64,000 bases of DNA from Planctomycetales bacterium (GTDB lineage: Bacteria > 4484-113). Shown here one piece after another: positions 48,561 to 57,386 of this stretch. Within the stretch, counting starts at the first letter, position 1, and each line of letters begins with the position of its first letter. A program made the translations under genes and the position numbers. Where the stretch lies: contig JBBIRS010000008.1 in assembly GCA_037441675.1 (NCBI GenBank), positions 1-64,000 on the forward strand, written 5' to 3'. The notes beneath the pieces are model-generated. The model did no database searches, had not been told where the DNA came from, and was given only the letters and a program-made list of their open reading frames with translations.

Positions 48561-49073
48561 TTAAATCACCTCCTTCAATAAATCAGATTTTTCATTCCTG
48601 CTTTCTGTCTTTAATCCCTCAGTGGATTCACCACCTGTAGAGGAGTAAGTCTTAACGAGCGCATCAAAGGTATTTTTGACAGTCTCGTAAAGTGAAGCAA
48701 AGAACTTTGCGAAGGCAGAAGTGCCTTCCCTCACGTTGAAGAATACCTGATCAATCTGCGTATCTTCGCATTTGAGTATCTTAGCTAAAACATCTTTATC
48801 CACTTTGCTTAAAAAAGCCTGCATAATGAGAAGGGCAAAGATTGTATCATCTACAAATCCAATGCCAGTAACTATGTCTGGAACTATATCCAAAGGGCTG
48901 TAGAAGTAAGTTATCCCTGCAATTGCATAGAGTTTCATCCACGCGGAAACTTGGGGACTGAAAAGAGCGTATACAAATGTGCGGATTAGCTTTGGTAAGG
49001 CGAATATGTACTTCTTGACAGGTGTCAAATCCCCAAATGGCTTTATTATTTCTGGCTTGAAGTTAAGTTTCAT
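48561..49073 (-). CDS. YkvA/DUF1232 family protein
   Basis: YFYSPLDIVPD...GIGFVDD. Confidence 0.88.
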   Translation of the reverse strand: MKLNFKPEIIKPFGDLTPVKKYIFALPKLIRTFVYALFSPQVSAWMKLYAIAGITYFYSPLDIVPDIVTGIGFVDDTIFALLIMQAFLSKVDKDVLAKILKCEDTQIDQVFFNVREGTSAFAKFFASLYETVKNTFDALVKTYSSTGGESTEGLKTESRNEKSDLLKEVI

Positions 49074-49209
49074 TCGATTTGCCTTAGAGAAAATTCTGTT
49101 TGAGCTCGGTTGAAATTATAGCATTAAACAGAAGGTAATCTGAGTACTTATCACTGGCGTAGATCTTATTGCAATAAAGAGATAGATAAATACTTAGAAT
49201 GAAATGCCT

Positions 49210-50181
49210 TTAACCGAAAGATTGGGCACGTCTAGCAATTTCCTCAATTACCCAATCTGGAGTGGACGCTCCTGCGGTAATTCCAACCTTGAAGCGTTTT
49301 GCCCTTGCGCTACCCTTTTCGGGAAACCATGTAGGCTTAATATCTTCTGCGCTGGATATGAAGTAGGTGTTGGGATTAGCCTTTTTCACCACCTCAAATA
49401 GTCTTTTGGAGTTGCTTGAATGGGTATCCCCCACGACGATCATTAAGTCGCAGATATTAGCAATTTCTATGCTTGCCTCTTGATTTCTATCTGTATGTGG
49501 GCAGACTGTGTCCAGGACTTCAGCTCGCGTGAATCTCTTCTTAATAGCTTGAACGAGAATGTCTATTTGGTCTCTGGAAAATGTTGTTTGCGAAACAACT
49601 CCAACAGATTCGTAATACGGAATCTGCTCTAAGTCCGCAAGCTCAGTAACCACGTAGGGATTCTTCAACCAGGAGAAAAGACCTATAACTTCCGGATGAT
49701 TTTTCTTACCAAGAATTATAACCGCAGGGTGCCTTTCCTCAAGCTTGAGAGCCTTTTCTCTAACCTTTGTGACGACGATGCAGGTTAAATCTACAACCTT
49801 AAATCCACGCCTCTTTAGCTCCTCCATTTGCTCACGGGTTCCTCCATGGGCGCGGATTATGACTATTGCGTCATTATCCTGAATTTCGGTAATTGAAGTG
49901 ATATGTTTTATGCCGTACCTTTCAATCCTTTCTATAACAGCACGGTTATGAACTATCTCGCCAAGGATGTAGATTTGTCTTGATTTAACTTTTGTCTGAA
50001 CACCTACCCCGACAGGATTTTCACCAGTTTCATCAAAGCTTAAGAGAGGGGAGTTATCATCGGAAATTGAGGCTTCCTCAGGCTCTATACCAAAAGTCTC
50101 CTTGGCAATAGCCATTGCGCCTTCAAAAGCCTTACTCACGCCATGGCAGAAGCCCATTCTCCTTGCGGTCAGAATTTCCAT
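49210..50181 (-). CDS. ispH: 4-hydroxy-3-methylbut-2-enyl diphosphate reductase
   Basis: GFCHGV, IVHN, IRAHG, DLTC, HPEV, SQTT, DTVC, SSNS, TAGASTP. Confidence 0.95.
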   Translation of the reverse strand: MEILTARRMGFCHGVSKAFEGAMAIAKETFGIEPEEASISDDNSPLLSFDETGENPVGVGVQTKVKSRQIYILGEIVHNRAVIERIERYGIKHITSITEIQDNDAIVIIRAHGGTREQMEELKRRGFKVVDLTCIVVTKVREKALKLEERHPAVIILGKKNHPEVIGLFSWLKNPYVVTELADLEQIPYYESVGVVSQTTFSRDQIDILVQAIKKRFTRAEVLDTVCPHTDRNQEASIEIANICDLMIVVGDTHSSNSKRLFEVVKKANPNTYFISSAEDIKPTWFPEKGSARAKRFKVGITAGASTPDWVIEEIARRAQSFG

Positions 50182-50326
50182 AGACGATAATGATTATACC
50201 TTATTACTTTGAGAATTAGTTGCAACTATGATTTGAGTTCAACAATATAAAGTAATATCTAAATTCCGCAAGAATTAAGGTGAACCTCCTTAAAACCATA
50301 GTCAATCGAGAAGGGTAAATTGAACG

Positions 50327-51312
50327 CTAAACGCTAGGCGACTCTGTCGGACTTTCTTTTTCGGGCGGTTTTTTGGGCGCAACCTGCACAGTCATCCCAC
50401 CTATTGCCGCTGTGCCAAGAATTCCACCCAACTGCATTGTGTCCAGCGCAGTAGATGGAACTATCACGAGTGAGCCACGTTCCTTCAAGCCTTCAAACAG
50501 CATATTCATCGCCCGCAGGTGCATTGCGTGCGGATTTTCCGCATATACTTCAGCTGCTTTGGCAAACTTGTCCGCTATCTGCATTTCGGATTCACCTAAA
50601 ATGATTCGCGCTTGCCTCTCCCTTTCCGCCTGCGCCCGCCTGCTCATCGCGTCTTGAAGCCCAGCGGGTATCTTAATGTCTCTGATTTCTACGCTGTTCA
50701 CAGTGATGCCCCATGGGGTTGTGCGGGAGTCAATAAGCACTTGAAGCTCTTTGTCAATTTTCTCGCGCCCTACCAGCAAATCCGCAAGCTCGGTTTTTCC
50801 AATGAGATCACGAAGCGCGGTCTGTGCCGCCCAACTGACCGCCTCATTGTACCTCTCCACTTCTAGCGTGGCTTTCTTTGCGTCAAAGACGAACCAGAAC
50901 ATTACCGCATCAACATCTACTGGAACTGTATCTCTAGTGAGAGCTTCTTCAGCCACCAGGTCGGTAGCGTGAATCCTCACGTCTATCCAACCTGCCACTG
51001 TATCGAGGAAGGGCCAGAGGAAAAAGATGCCAGGCTTCCTCACGGAAAGAAACTTTCCCAACCTAAGAACTACAACTCGTTCCCACTGTTCGGCAACCTT
51101 TAGGCACGTTAACAAAACAATGGAGAGCAAAAATCCCACTACTCCAACAATTGTAGCCAAAGTTTGCCTTTCCGCATTCAAAAGGAGCCAGTAAAGAATT
51201 CCAGTTATGAGTAAGGTCAGAAGCCCCACGAAAATTGGCCATGGATGGATAGTAGAAGCTCCACTAACACTTGGTATTTCAATTGAAACCTTGCTTGATT
51301 TTTAGAAAACAA
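50327..51312 (-). CDS. SPFH/slipin (stomatin-like) protein; likely TTG start at 51312 one base out of frame
   Basis: WERVVVLRLG, LTRDTVPVDVDAV, AQTALRD, AQAERERQAR; in-frame ORF from GTG 51229. Confidence 0.88.
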
Positions 51313-51323
51313 TTTTAACCTCA

Positions 51324-51728
51324 CTAGAACTGTGTGATATTTTCTGACACCTCCACAAGGAGATCCCTAATTTCAAAATCAGACAACCCTAGCCCCCTAA
51401 GGGTTTTTACGGCTCCTGCAAGAATGCTTTCTGCCTCTATGATTTTATCCTTTTTTTTGGAAGTTTCGGGATATTCCGCAACAAAAGTTCCTTTACCTTG
51501 AAGCAACTCTATAATTCCCTCCGCAGCAAGCTCTGTATATACCCTTGCGACAGTATTTGCGGTGATGGAAAGTTCAACCGCAAGCTCACGAACCGTTGGA
51601 AGCTGCTCCCCCGGCTTGAGGATCCTGTTTTGGATTAAGTATCGCAGTTGATTCTTTAGCTGAACATAAATTGGAATTTCCGCTTTGCTATCAATACTTA
51701 ATCCCAACTTTTTTATATTAATTACCAT
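51324..51728 (-). CDS. GntR family (YtrA subfamily) transcriptional regulator
   Basis: PIYVQL, LPTVRELA...NTVARVY..L...G, GKGTFV; short C-terminal domain. Confidence 0.92.
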   Translation of the reverse strand: MVINIKKLGLSIDSKAEIPIYVQLKNQLRYLIQNRILKPGEQLPTVRELAVELSITANTVARVYTELAAEGIIELLQGKGTFVAEYPETSKKKDKIIEAESILAGAVKTLRGLGLSDFEIRDLLVEVSENITQF

Positions 51729-51753
51729 TGTTGCATAACACTCATTCATTACT

Positions 51754-51782
51754 ACATTAACACACATTTCCGCTTTTGTCAA
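51754..51782 (-). promoter_or_regulatory. Sigma70 promoter of the gntR-SPFH operon
   Basis: TTGACA-17 nt-TAATGT with extended TG. Confidence 0.65.
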
Positions 51783-51877
51783 GAGGTGGATGATTTGTCG
51801 TTTAAGATAATCTACTTGAGAGTTAATTGGGAGATGGCGTGGATTATCGATATTTATTCATATAAAATAATACTTAC

Positions 51878-52729
51878 GTGAGAGTATTAGTGGCTAAGAT
51901 AAAACTTTTCTTTTACGTAGCAATTGGCATGATTATTTTCCAGCTTGGATTACCAATCACTGCATTTAGCGCATTTCAGGTATTTGCTGAAAAGATACGA
52001 ATACGAAAATATGAGGGGAGAGTTTACATAGACTTTGCAGGCAGAGTCAAGGCATCCGGCGCCGAAGGATTAAGCATTATTTCAGGAAACGGCGAAGTTG
52101 TGCTGACCACTGATAAATTCCCGCAAATTCCGGAGAATATTGAGAAGGAGAAAATTATTGGAGGGGAGCTTCCTTCGCTACCCAAGTTAACTTTTGATAG
52201 AAAGAATCTAAAGCTTTTTAGGTTGGGAGGTGGATTCTCTTTAGTAAATAAGGACTTAAAGTTGAACGGTGGCACTTTGGAAACTAGGGACGGTGGGGAT
52301 AACTGGATGATTTTAGGATCTGTCAAGCTGATAAATCGCGATAAACCCAGCCAAGAATTAACAGGCAAAAACTTCCATTACAACCGAATGAAAAACGCAA
52401 TATCCACCAAGAATGCTGTTGAAATTGCAAGTTTTTGGCAGGGGGAGAAGCTTTATATCAATGCTTCATCTATTGAAATTAGGTTGCAAGAGAAGAAGAT
52501 ACTCATTAGTGGAAATGCGGTAATGAAATTTTCAAATTACACCCTTAGCTCGAATAACATTAAAGTGGATACAGCTTCAAGAAGAATAGAAACGGATGGG
52601 CCTGCAAAGCTTACATCAAAAGAAGGCTCCCTTGACGCAGCGCACATAGTAGTAACAATTACAGATGCAGGGTTGAAGATTGAGGCGAAAGACCTTAGTG
52701 GAAAGGTGATAGCTAAAAGCGTGGGGTGA
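51878..52729 (+). CDS. LptA/LptC/OstA-like beta-jellyroll exported protein
   Basis: Signal-like N-terminus; repeated beta-strand pattern (INASSIEI..ISGNAVM..LSSNNIKVD). Confidence 0.55.
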   Translation: MRVLVAKIKLFFYVAIGMIIFQLGLPITAFSAFQVFAEKIRIRKYEGRVYIDFAGRVKASGAEGLSIISGNGEVVLTTDKFPQIPENIEKEKIIGGELPSLPKLTFDRKNLKLFRLGGGFSLVNKDLKLNGGTLETRDGGDNWMILGSVKLINRDKPSQELTGKNFHYNRMKNAISTKNAVEIASFWQGEKLYINASSIEIRLQEKKILISGNAVMKFSNYTLSSNNIKVDTASRRIETDGPAKLTSKEGSLDAAHIVVTITDAGLKIEAKDLSGKVIAKSVG

Positions 52730-52852
52730 AACATTGGTGGAAAATTATTCAGTTTTCCGAATATGAACTTTATTATTATCATCAATTAACTAATCGTAAA
52801 GCAGATAGGGAGTGAAAAATAAGTTATTCTTGCGTGTTATACTAAATGGTAA

Positions 52853-52934
52853 GGGCAGGTGGCGGAAAGGCAGACGCGCTAGCCTTAGGAGCTAGTGGGA
52901 TTATCCCGTGGGGGTTCGACTCCCCCCCTGCCCA
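52853..52934 (+). tRNA. tRNA-Leu(TAG), CCA not encoded
   Basis: GGGCAGG/CCTGCCC-A; anticodon arm CTAGC-CTTAGGA-GCTAG; variable arm GGGATTATCCC. Confidence 0.95.
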
Positions 52935-53065
52935 TTCTGCGAAGATTTCAAAATCATCAAATGAGACTTTAGCGAGAATTCATTTCTCCCAAATTTGAGT
53001 GGAATTATTGTTCAATGTTGGTTGATGGGGGGGTAACTGCACGGCGTTCTCTTCAAAGGGAAAGT

Positions 53066-53208
53066 GCACGCCCGGGGACGGGCGTGTTCCAAAAAGTGGC
53101 AGAGCTGGGATGCCCGTGAACCTGGGTGAATGCTAAGATTGACGGCGGGGTACAAGTCCCAGCCCTACAAAAATTGTTCACGGAGGGGGGGCAAGTCCCC
53201 ACCCTACA
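53066..53208. repeat. REP-like mosaic cluster 2 (units B, A, A)
   Basis: GCACGCCCGGGGACGGGCGTGTTCCAAA, ACGGCGGGGTACAAGTCCCAGCCCTACA, ACGGAGGGGGGGCAAGTCCCCACCCTACA. Confidence 0.75.
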
Positions 53209-53397
53209 GCTGAACCTTTTAGTGTAAATCCGCACTACAGGTCCTTTATGAGCACTCCTTTTGTTAAGAAGTTCTCACTAACCCGGTAGCGACAAGAAAT
53301 TCATTTTAATGTGTTAAAATAATTACCGAGTTTTTAGCAGGTTGAAGATAATCAATTCTTGTTTGAGGAGGACTTAAGGAGGAGAAAAGTCAAAGTT

Positions 53398-53970
53398 ATG
53401 AAGCGACATATATATGTTTTTATCATACTTTTAACTCTTTTCCTCCATGGATGTGGCGGAGGCGGTGGAGTTTCTCATTCAAGAAGCGATAGATTAGGAA
53501 ATCCGCAAACTAACACGCAACTCCCAAGCGAATCTCCACCTCCTCAACGAAATCGTCTGGTTACAAGTACCCCAATACTAAATAAACTTTCACCGGGTCA
53601 GGAGTTTGATTTTGTGTTAAGAGCGGAGCTTAAGGACGAATTGTTTCAAACCAGTGCGCGCATACTTTATGACCCTTCGGTCTTCTCTCCTATCAGGACT
53701 TCCAAGGGAAATTTAATTCCTGAAGATGCGGTGTTTTTTGCCAAGTTAGATAAAGAAGGGTTGCTTCCATTTGCCATTACGCGTCTTCCTGGTAGCGAAG
53801 GAATTAGGGCAGGTACTGGCGAAATCTTGAGAGTTCGTTTTAGGCTTCTCTCTACACCGCAGGCGAACTCGCGCATAAGGCTACAAAATGAGCCAGCGTT
53901 CTTGCAACTTAGAGATAAGAGCGGTGGTAGGCTAAGCTTTGACTTGGCAACAGAGGTGGTGGCGCAATGA
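53398..53970 (+). CDS. Lipoprotein with cohesin-like domain
   Basis: Lipobox LHGCGGGG; PGQEFDFVL...SARILYDPSVF...GNLI...GTGEILRVRFR pattern typical of cohesin folds. Confidence 0.7.
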   Translation: MKRHIYVFIILLTLFLHGCGGGGGVSHSRSDRLGNPQTNTQLPSESPPPQRNRLVTSTPILNKLSPGQEFDFVLRAELKDELFQTSARILYDPSVFSPIRTSKGNLIPEDAVFFAKLDKEGLLPFAITRLPGSEGIRAGTGEILRVRFRLLSTPQANSRIRLQNEPAFLQLRDKSGGRLSFDLATEVVAQ

Positions 53971-56900
53971 GAAGCTTCCACTTCTTCTTTCTAGCTCTGC
54001 TATGTCTTCTAATCGCAAGTGCTTCTGTTGACGCACTAGAACCACCTTCACCTGGAATGCTTGAAGAGATGGAGGCTGAAGGGATTCTTGACGAGATGAT
54101 TGCCCGCGCGGAGAAGCTGGGCAATCACATGATGAAAGCCCCCCGCCGTGGATTAAGACTGGGAACTGACAATCCTTATGAAATAGCTAATTTAATTTCT
54201 GAGCATTTCGGTAAAAGTCTCGAGCAAAAATCAGCGAGCGCCATCGGCACCACTAGCCCGCGCGAGTTTGATTGGGTAGAGCTCGACCTAAACCACGATA
54301 GAACCATTGATGAGCGAGACATACTCGCTCTTGGTTTTCCTCAGCCGAAGATCTCCGCCACTCTTCCCTCAATCGGCACAAGCAAGGTTTTCTGTTTAAT
54401 CATTGAGTTCCCTGATTACCCAAGATGGTTTGAAAAATCGGAGTTTGAATCCAAGCTCTTCGGCGATGGCGACACCTTCTACTATTATCGCGGTCTAAAA
54501 TATTACTACAACAAAGCCTCATACCAGCAGTTAACCATAGATGGAGCGGTTTACGGATGGTATACCGCGCAGCACAACCGCTCCTACTACCACCCTAACA
54601 ATAACACCACCTACCCGGAGGAGGACTTAAGGCGTGAACAGTTGATTTTTGAGGCGATAGAAGCTGCGGATGAGGCAGGCGCTGATTTTTCCCAATACGA
54701 TAATGATGGCGATGGGGTTGTGGACTACTTCCTCGTTATCTGGACTGGACCCCATGGCGCTTGGGCTTCCTTTTGGTGGGGGTATCAGACCGAAATTTAC
54801 GTCCTGGCAGATAAGACAATTGACGGCGTTCGATTCCAAACTTACTCCTGGCAGTGGGAGCGCTACTATGGCTTTAGCGAAAGCCCGCCAGCGGATGCCA
54901 GATGGAATCCCCTTGTGACGATTCACGAAACGGGCCATGCCCTTGGTCTTCCTGACTATTACGATTATGACGGAAACCAAGGTCCGGATGGTGGAGTTGG
55001 TGGAATGGATATGATGGACGCAAATAGGGGTGACCATAACTCTTTCAGTAAGTACATTCTAGGCTGGCTCACTCCCACGGTCGCATTCACGAATCTTGAT
55101 GACGAACCAATCATAAAATCTACACAAGAGGGCGATGCGGTTATCTTTATGCCGGACTTTGACCCAGTCTCGCCCTGGTCTGAATACTTTATGGCTCAGA
55201 CCAGAAAGAGAGAAGGAATTGATAATGTAAGCCCCTATCCTACGGACGGCAGGCTTGCCCTTTGGCACATTGATGCACAGGTTGAAGAGAACGCTCAGAT
55301 GCCTTTTTACTATGCATTCAAATACGACAACTCTTACACAGAACATAAACTTTTGCGATTGATGGAAGCGGACGGACTTGAGGAAATTGAGGCAGGAGGG
55401 GCTGCTGACGTAGATGATTACTATGATAGTGATGAAGAGCTAACTCCATCCTCTAATCCAAACTCAAATAAATACGACGGTTCAAATCCGGGAATATACT
55501 GCACTGACACTTCTGCGCCCGGCGATACAATGACCGCAGATTTCATTCTATACACGAGTAATCCACCAAGTGTCACAATTGATTCGCCAAACGCGGGTGA
55601 CACTTTGAGTGGAGATGTAGCTGTCCAAATTACTGCCACTGATGATAATTCAGTGAGCAAAGTTCAACTTCTAATTGATGGGCTTGTCGTTCAGGAATGG
55701 ACAAGCGGGCCCTATGAATACACATGGAATACCCTCGTTGACTTCAACAAGACTATGAATATCACCGCGCGCGCTTGGGATGATGAAGACCAGGTCGGAA
55801 GCGATACGATTAGCGTAACGGTCAGCAACACGGGTGTCACGTCTGTGACAGATGATTTTGAAAGCGGGCTTGGCAAGTGGCGCGTTATTAATGACCCATC
55901 CGATCCTGCTGGAACTTATACAGAATGGGCAACCAGGAATAGCCCTGCGTCGCCACCGCCGCAGGGAAGCGGAAAGGAAGCCTGGGTGAAACCCGCAACT
56001 TCTGACACTGATTACACAGCAAGCGAGCATTTGCGCTCTCAAAGAATCAACGCTGTCAGCTTTTCAAGGCCAGTTCAAATTAAGTTTTTCTATCGCTGTC
56101 GCTCAGGATTCTCCCTTTGCGCAACTACCGATAACGGTTCAACTTGGGAAAAGGTGGCGGATATACCTCCAAGTTCAAATTGGAGTTTGTTCACAAAAGC
56201 ACCCGCATACCAGGGAGAAGTAGTTTACTTCCGTCTATACTATGAAGGAACCGTTCGGGAGAACTTGGATAACGGGCTTGGCGCAAATATTGACGAGATT
56301 GTGATTCAGGAAGCGCCAAGTAATATTCCAACTATTTCTATCACAAATCCCACCGATGGTGCTGCCGTTTCCGGCAGTACCACTTTCTCCGCAAATGCGT
56401 CTGACGATGGCAATATAGAAGCTGTTCATTTCTATCTAAATGGATCTCATGTTTCAACTGACACTTCACCTCCGTGGGAGTACACCAGGGATACGACACA
56501 GGACGATAATCATCCAAGCATTTCTTTTACAGTTTGGGCGATTGATGATGACGACCTTCCGTCTGAGGAGGATACAATCACGATTGCGTTCAAAAATTCC
56601 CGTCCCTACCCCGTTTCAGACGACCTTGAAACGGACACCACAAGATGGATAATCAGCAACGACAGCAGGCAACCTCAGTGGCAATGGGTAGACACTCAAA
56701 GTAATTCGCCGACCCACTCCTTTGGATGGGTCACAAGTTCAAGCTGGCAAACTTATAACTGGGATGGGATAACTTTTAAGGGTGACCCGCCCGCTAGCGG
56801 TTACCAGACAATTGACCTTGCAGGAGATGATGTGGATATGCCGGTTCTTCGCTTCTATTACCGCGCTGATTTTCCATCGTATGGGCACTTCTATGTTTAC

Positions 56901-57386
56901 TTTGGCAACACTTGGACTGGCTTGACTATTTTGGATATCATTAGTGGTGACCAGTTAAGTTGGACTGAAAAGACCTACAGTCTTGAAGATTTTGTTGGTT
57001 ACTCTGGTCGTATCGCTTTTTACGCGAGAAACACATCACAAACTAGCGGTGCCACGGGGCTATGGATAGATGATGTGCGTGTGGAGAATCTAGGACCTTA
57101 CATAGATTCAATTAATCCCGACCGTGCGGTAGAACAAACCGAGGTTTCAATAATCGGTTCTGGTTTCAAGAGTAGCCGTGGAAGTAGTTATGTAACTTTT
57201 GGTGGTTCAGTGAATCCTCAGGATTCCGACTACGTCTCTTGGAGCAATAACGAAATTAAAGTAAAAGTTCCAACGGGAGCGGAAAGTGGAAATGTAACTG
57301 TTACTGTAAACTCCGTTACAAGCAACGGCTATAATTTTAGGGTAATTCTACCTCCTCCGAATCTGCAAGGGGGTGAACAGTACTAA
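53967..57386 (+). CDS. M6 (immune inhibitor A-like) metalloprotease with Ig-like, beta-sandwich and IPT/TIG domains
   Basis: Signal peptide; IIEFPD, DFSQYDNDGDG, HETGHALGLPDYYD, DMM Met-turn, KYILGW. Confidence 0.92.
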   Translation: MRSFHFFFLALLCLLIASASVDALEPPSPGMLEEMEAEGILDEMIARAEKLGNHMMKAPRRGLRLGTDNPYEIANLISEHFGKSLEQKSASAIGTTSPREFDWVELDLNHDRTIDERDILALGFPQPKISATLPSIGTSKVFCLIIEFPDYPRWFEKSEFESKLFGDGDTFYYYRGLKYYYNKASYQQLTIDGAVYGWYTAQHNRSYYHPNNNTTYPEEDLRREQLIFEAIEAADEAGADFSQYDNDGDGVVDYFLVIWTGPHGAWASFWWGYQTEIYVLADKTIDGVRFQTYSWQWERYYGFSESPPADARWNPLVTIHETGHALGLPDYYDYDGNQGPDGGVGGMDMMDANRGDHNSFSKYILGWLTPTVAFTNLDDEPIIKSTQEGDAVIFMPDFDPVSPWSEYFMAQTRKREGIDNVSPYPTDGRLALWHIDAQVEENAQMPFYYAFKYDNSYTEHKLLRLMEADGLEEIEAGGAADVDDYYDSDEELTPSSNPNSNKYDGSNPGIYCTDTSAPGDTMTADFILYTSNPPSVTIDSPNAGDTLSGDVAVQITATDDNSVSKVQLLIDGLVVQEWTSGPYEYTWNTLVDFNKTMNITARAWDDEDQVGSDTISVTVSNTGVTSVTDDFESGLGKWRVINDPSDPAGTYTEWATRNSPASPPPQGSGKEAWVKPATSDTDYTASEHLRSQRINAVSFSRPVQIKFFYRCRSGFSLCATTDNGSTWEKVADIPPSSNWSLFTKAPAYQGEVVYFRLYYEGTVRENLDNGLGANIDEIVIQEAPSNIPTISITNPTDGAAVSGSTTFSANASDDGNIEAVHFYLNGSHVSTDTSPPWEYTRDTTQDDNHPSISFTVWAIDDDDLPSEEDTITIAFKNSRPYPVSDDLETDTTRWIISNDSRQPQWQWVDTQSNSPTHSFGWVTSSSWQTYNWDGITFKGDPPASGYQTIDLAGDDVDMPVLRFYYRADFPSYGHFYVYFGNTWTGLTILDIISGDQLSWTEKTYSLEDFVGYSGRIAFYARNTSQTSGATGLWIDDVRVENLGPYIDSINPDRAVEQTEVSIIGSGFKSSRGSSYVTFGGSVNPQDSDYVSWSNNEIKVKVPTGAESGNVTVTVNSVTSNGYNFRVILPPPNLQGGEQY

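Noticed and set aside
52853..52934. tRNA with TAG anticodon as an amber suppressor explaining the DUF1326 stop
   Set aside because: Anticodon TAG reads Leu CUA; an amber suppressor needs CTA
46847..53208. CRISPR array from the ~28-bp repeats
   Set aside because: Only two degenerate copies per locus, spacers of 10-14 nt, no cas genes
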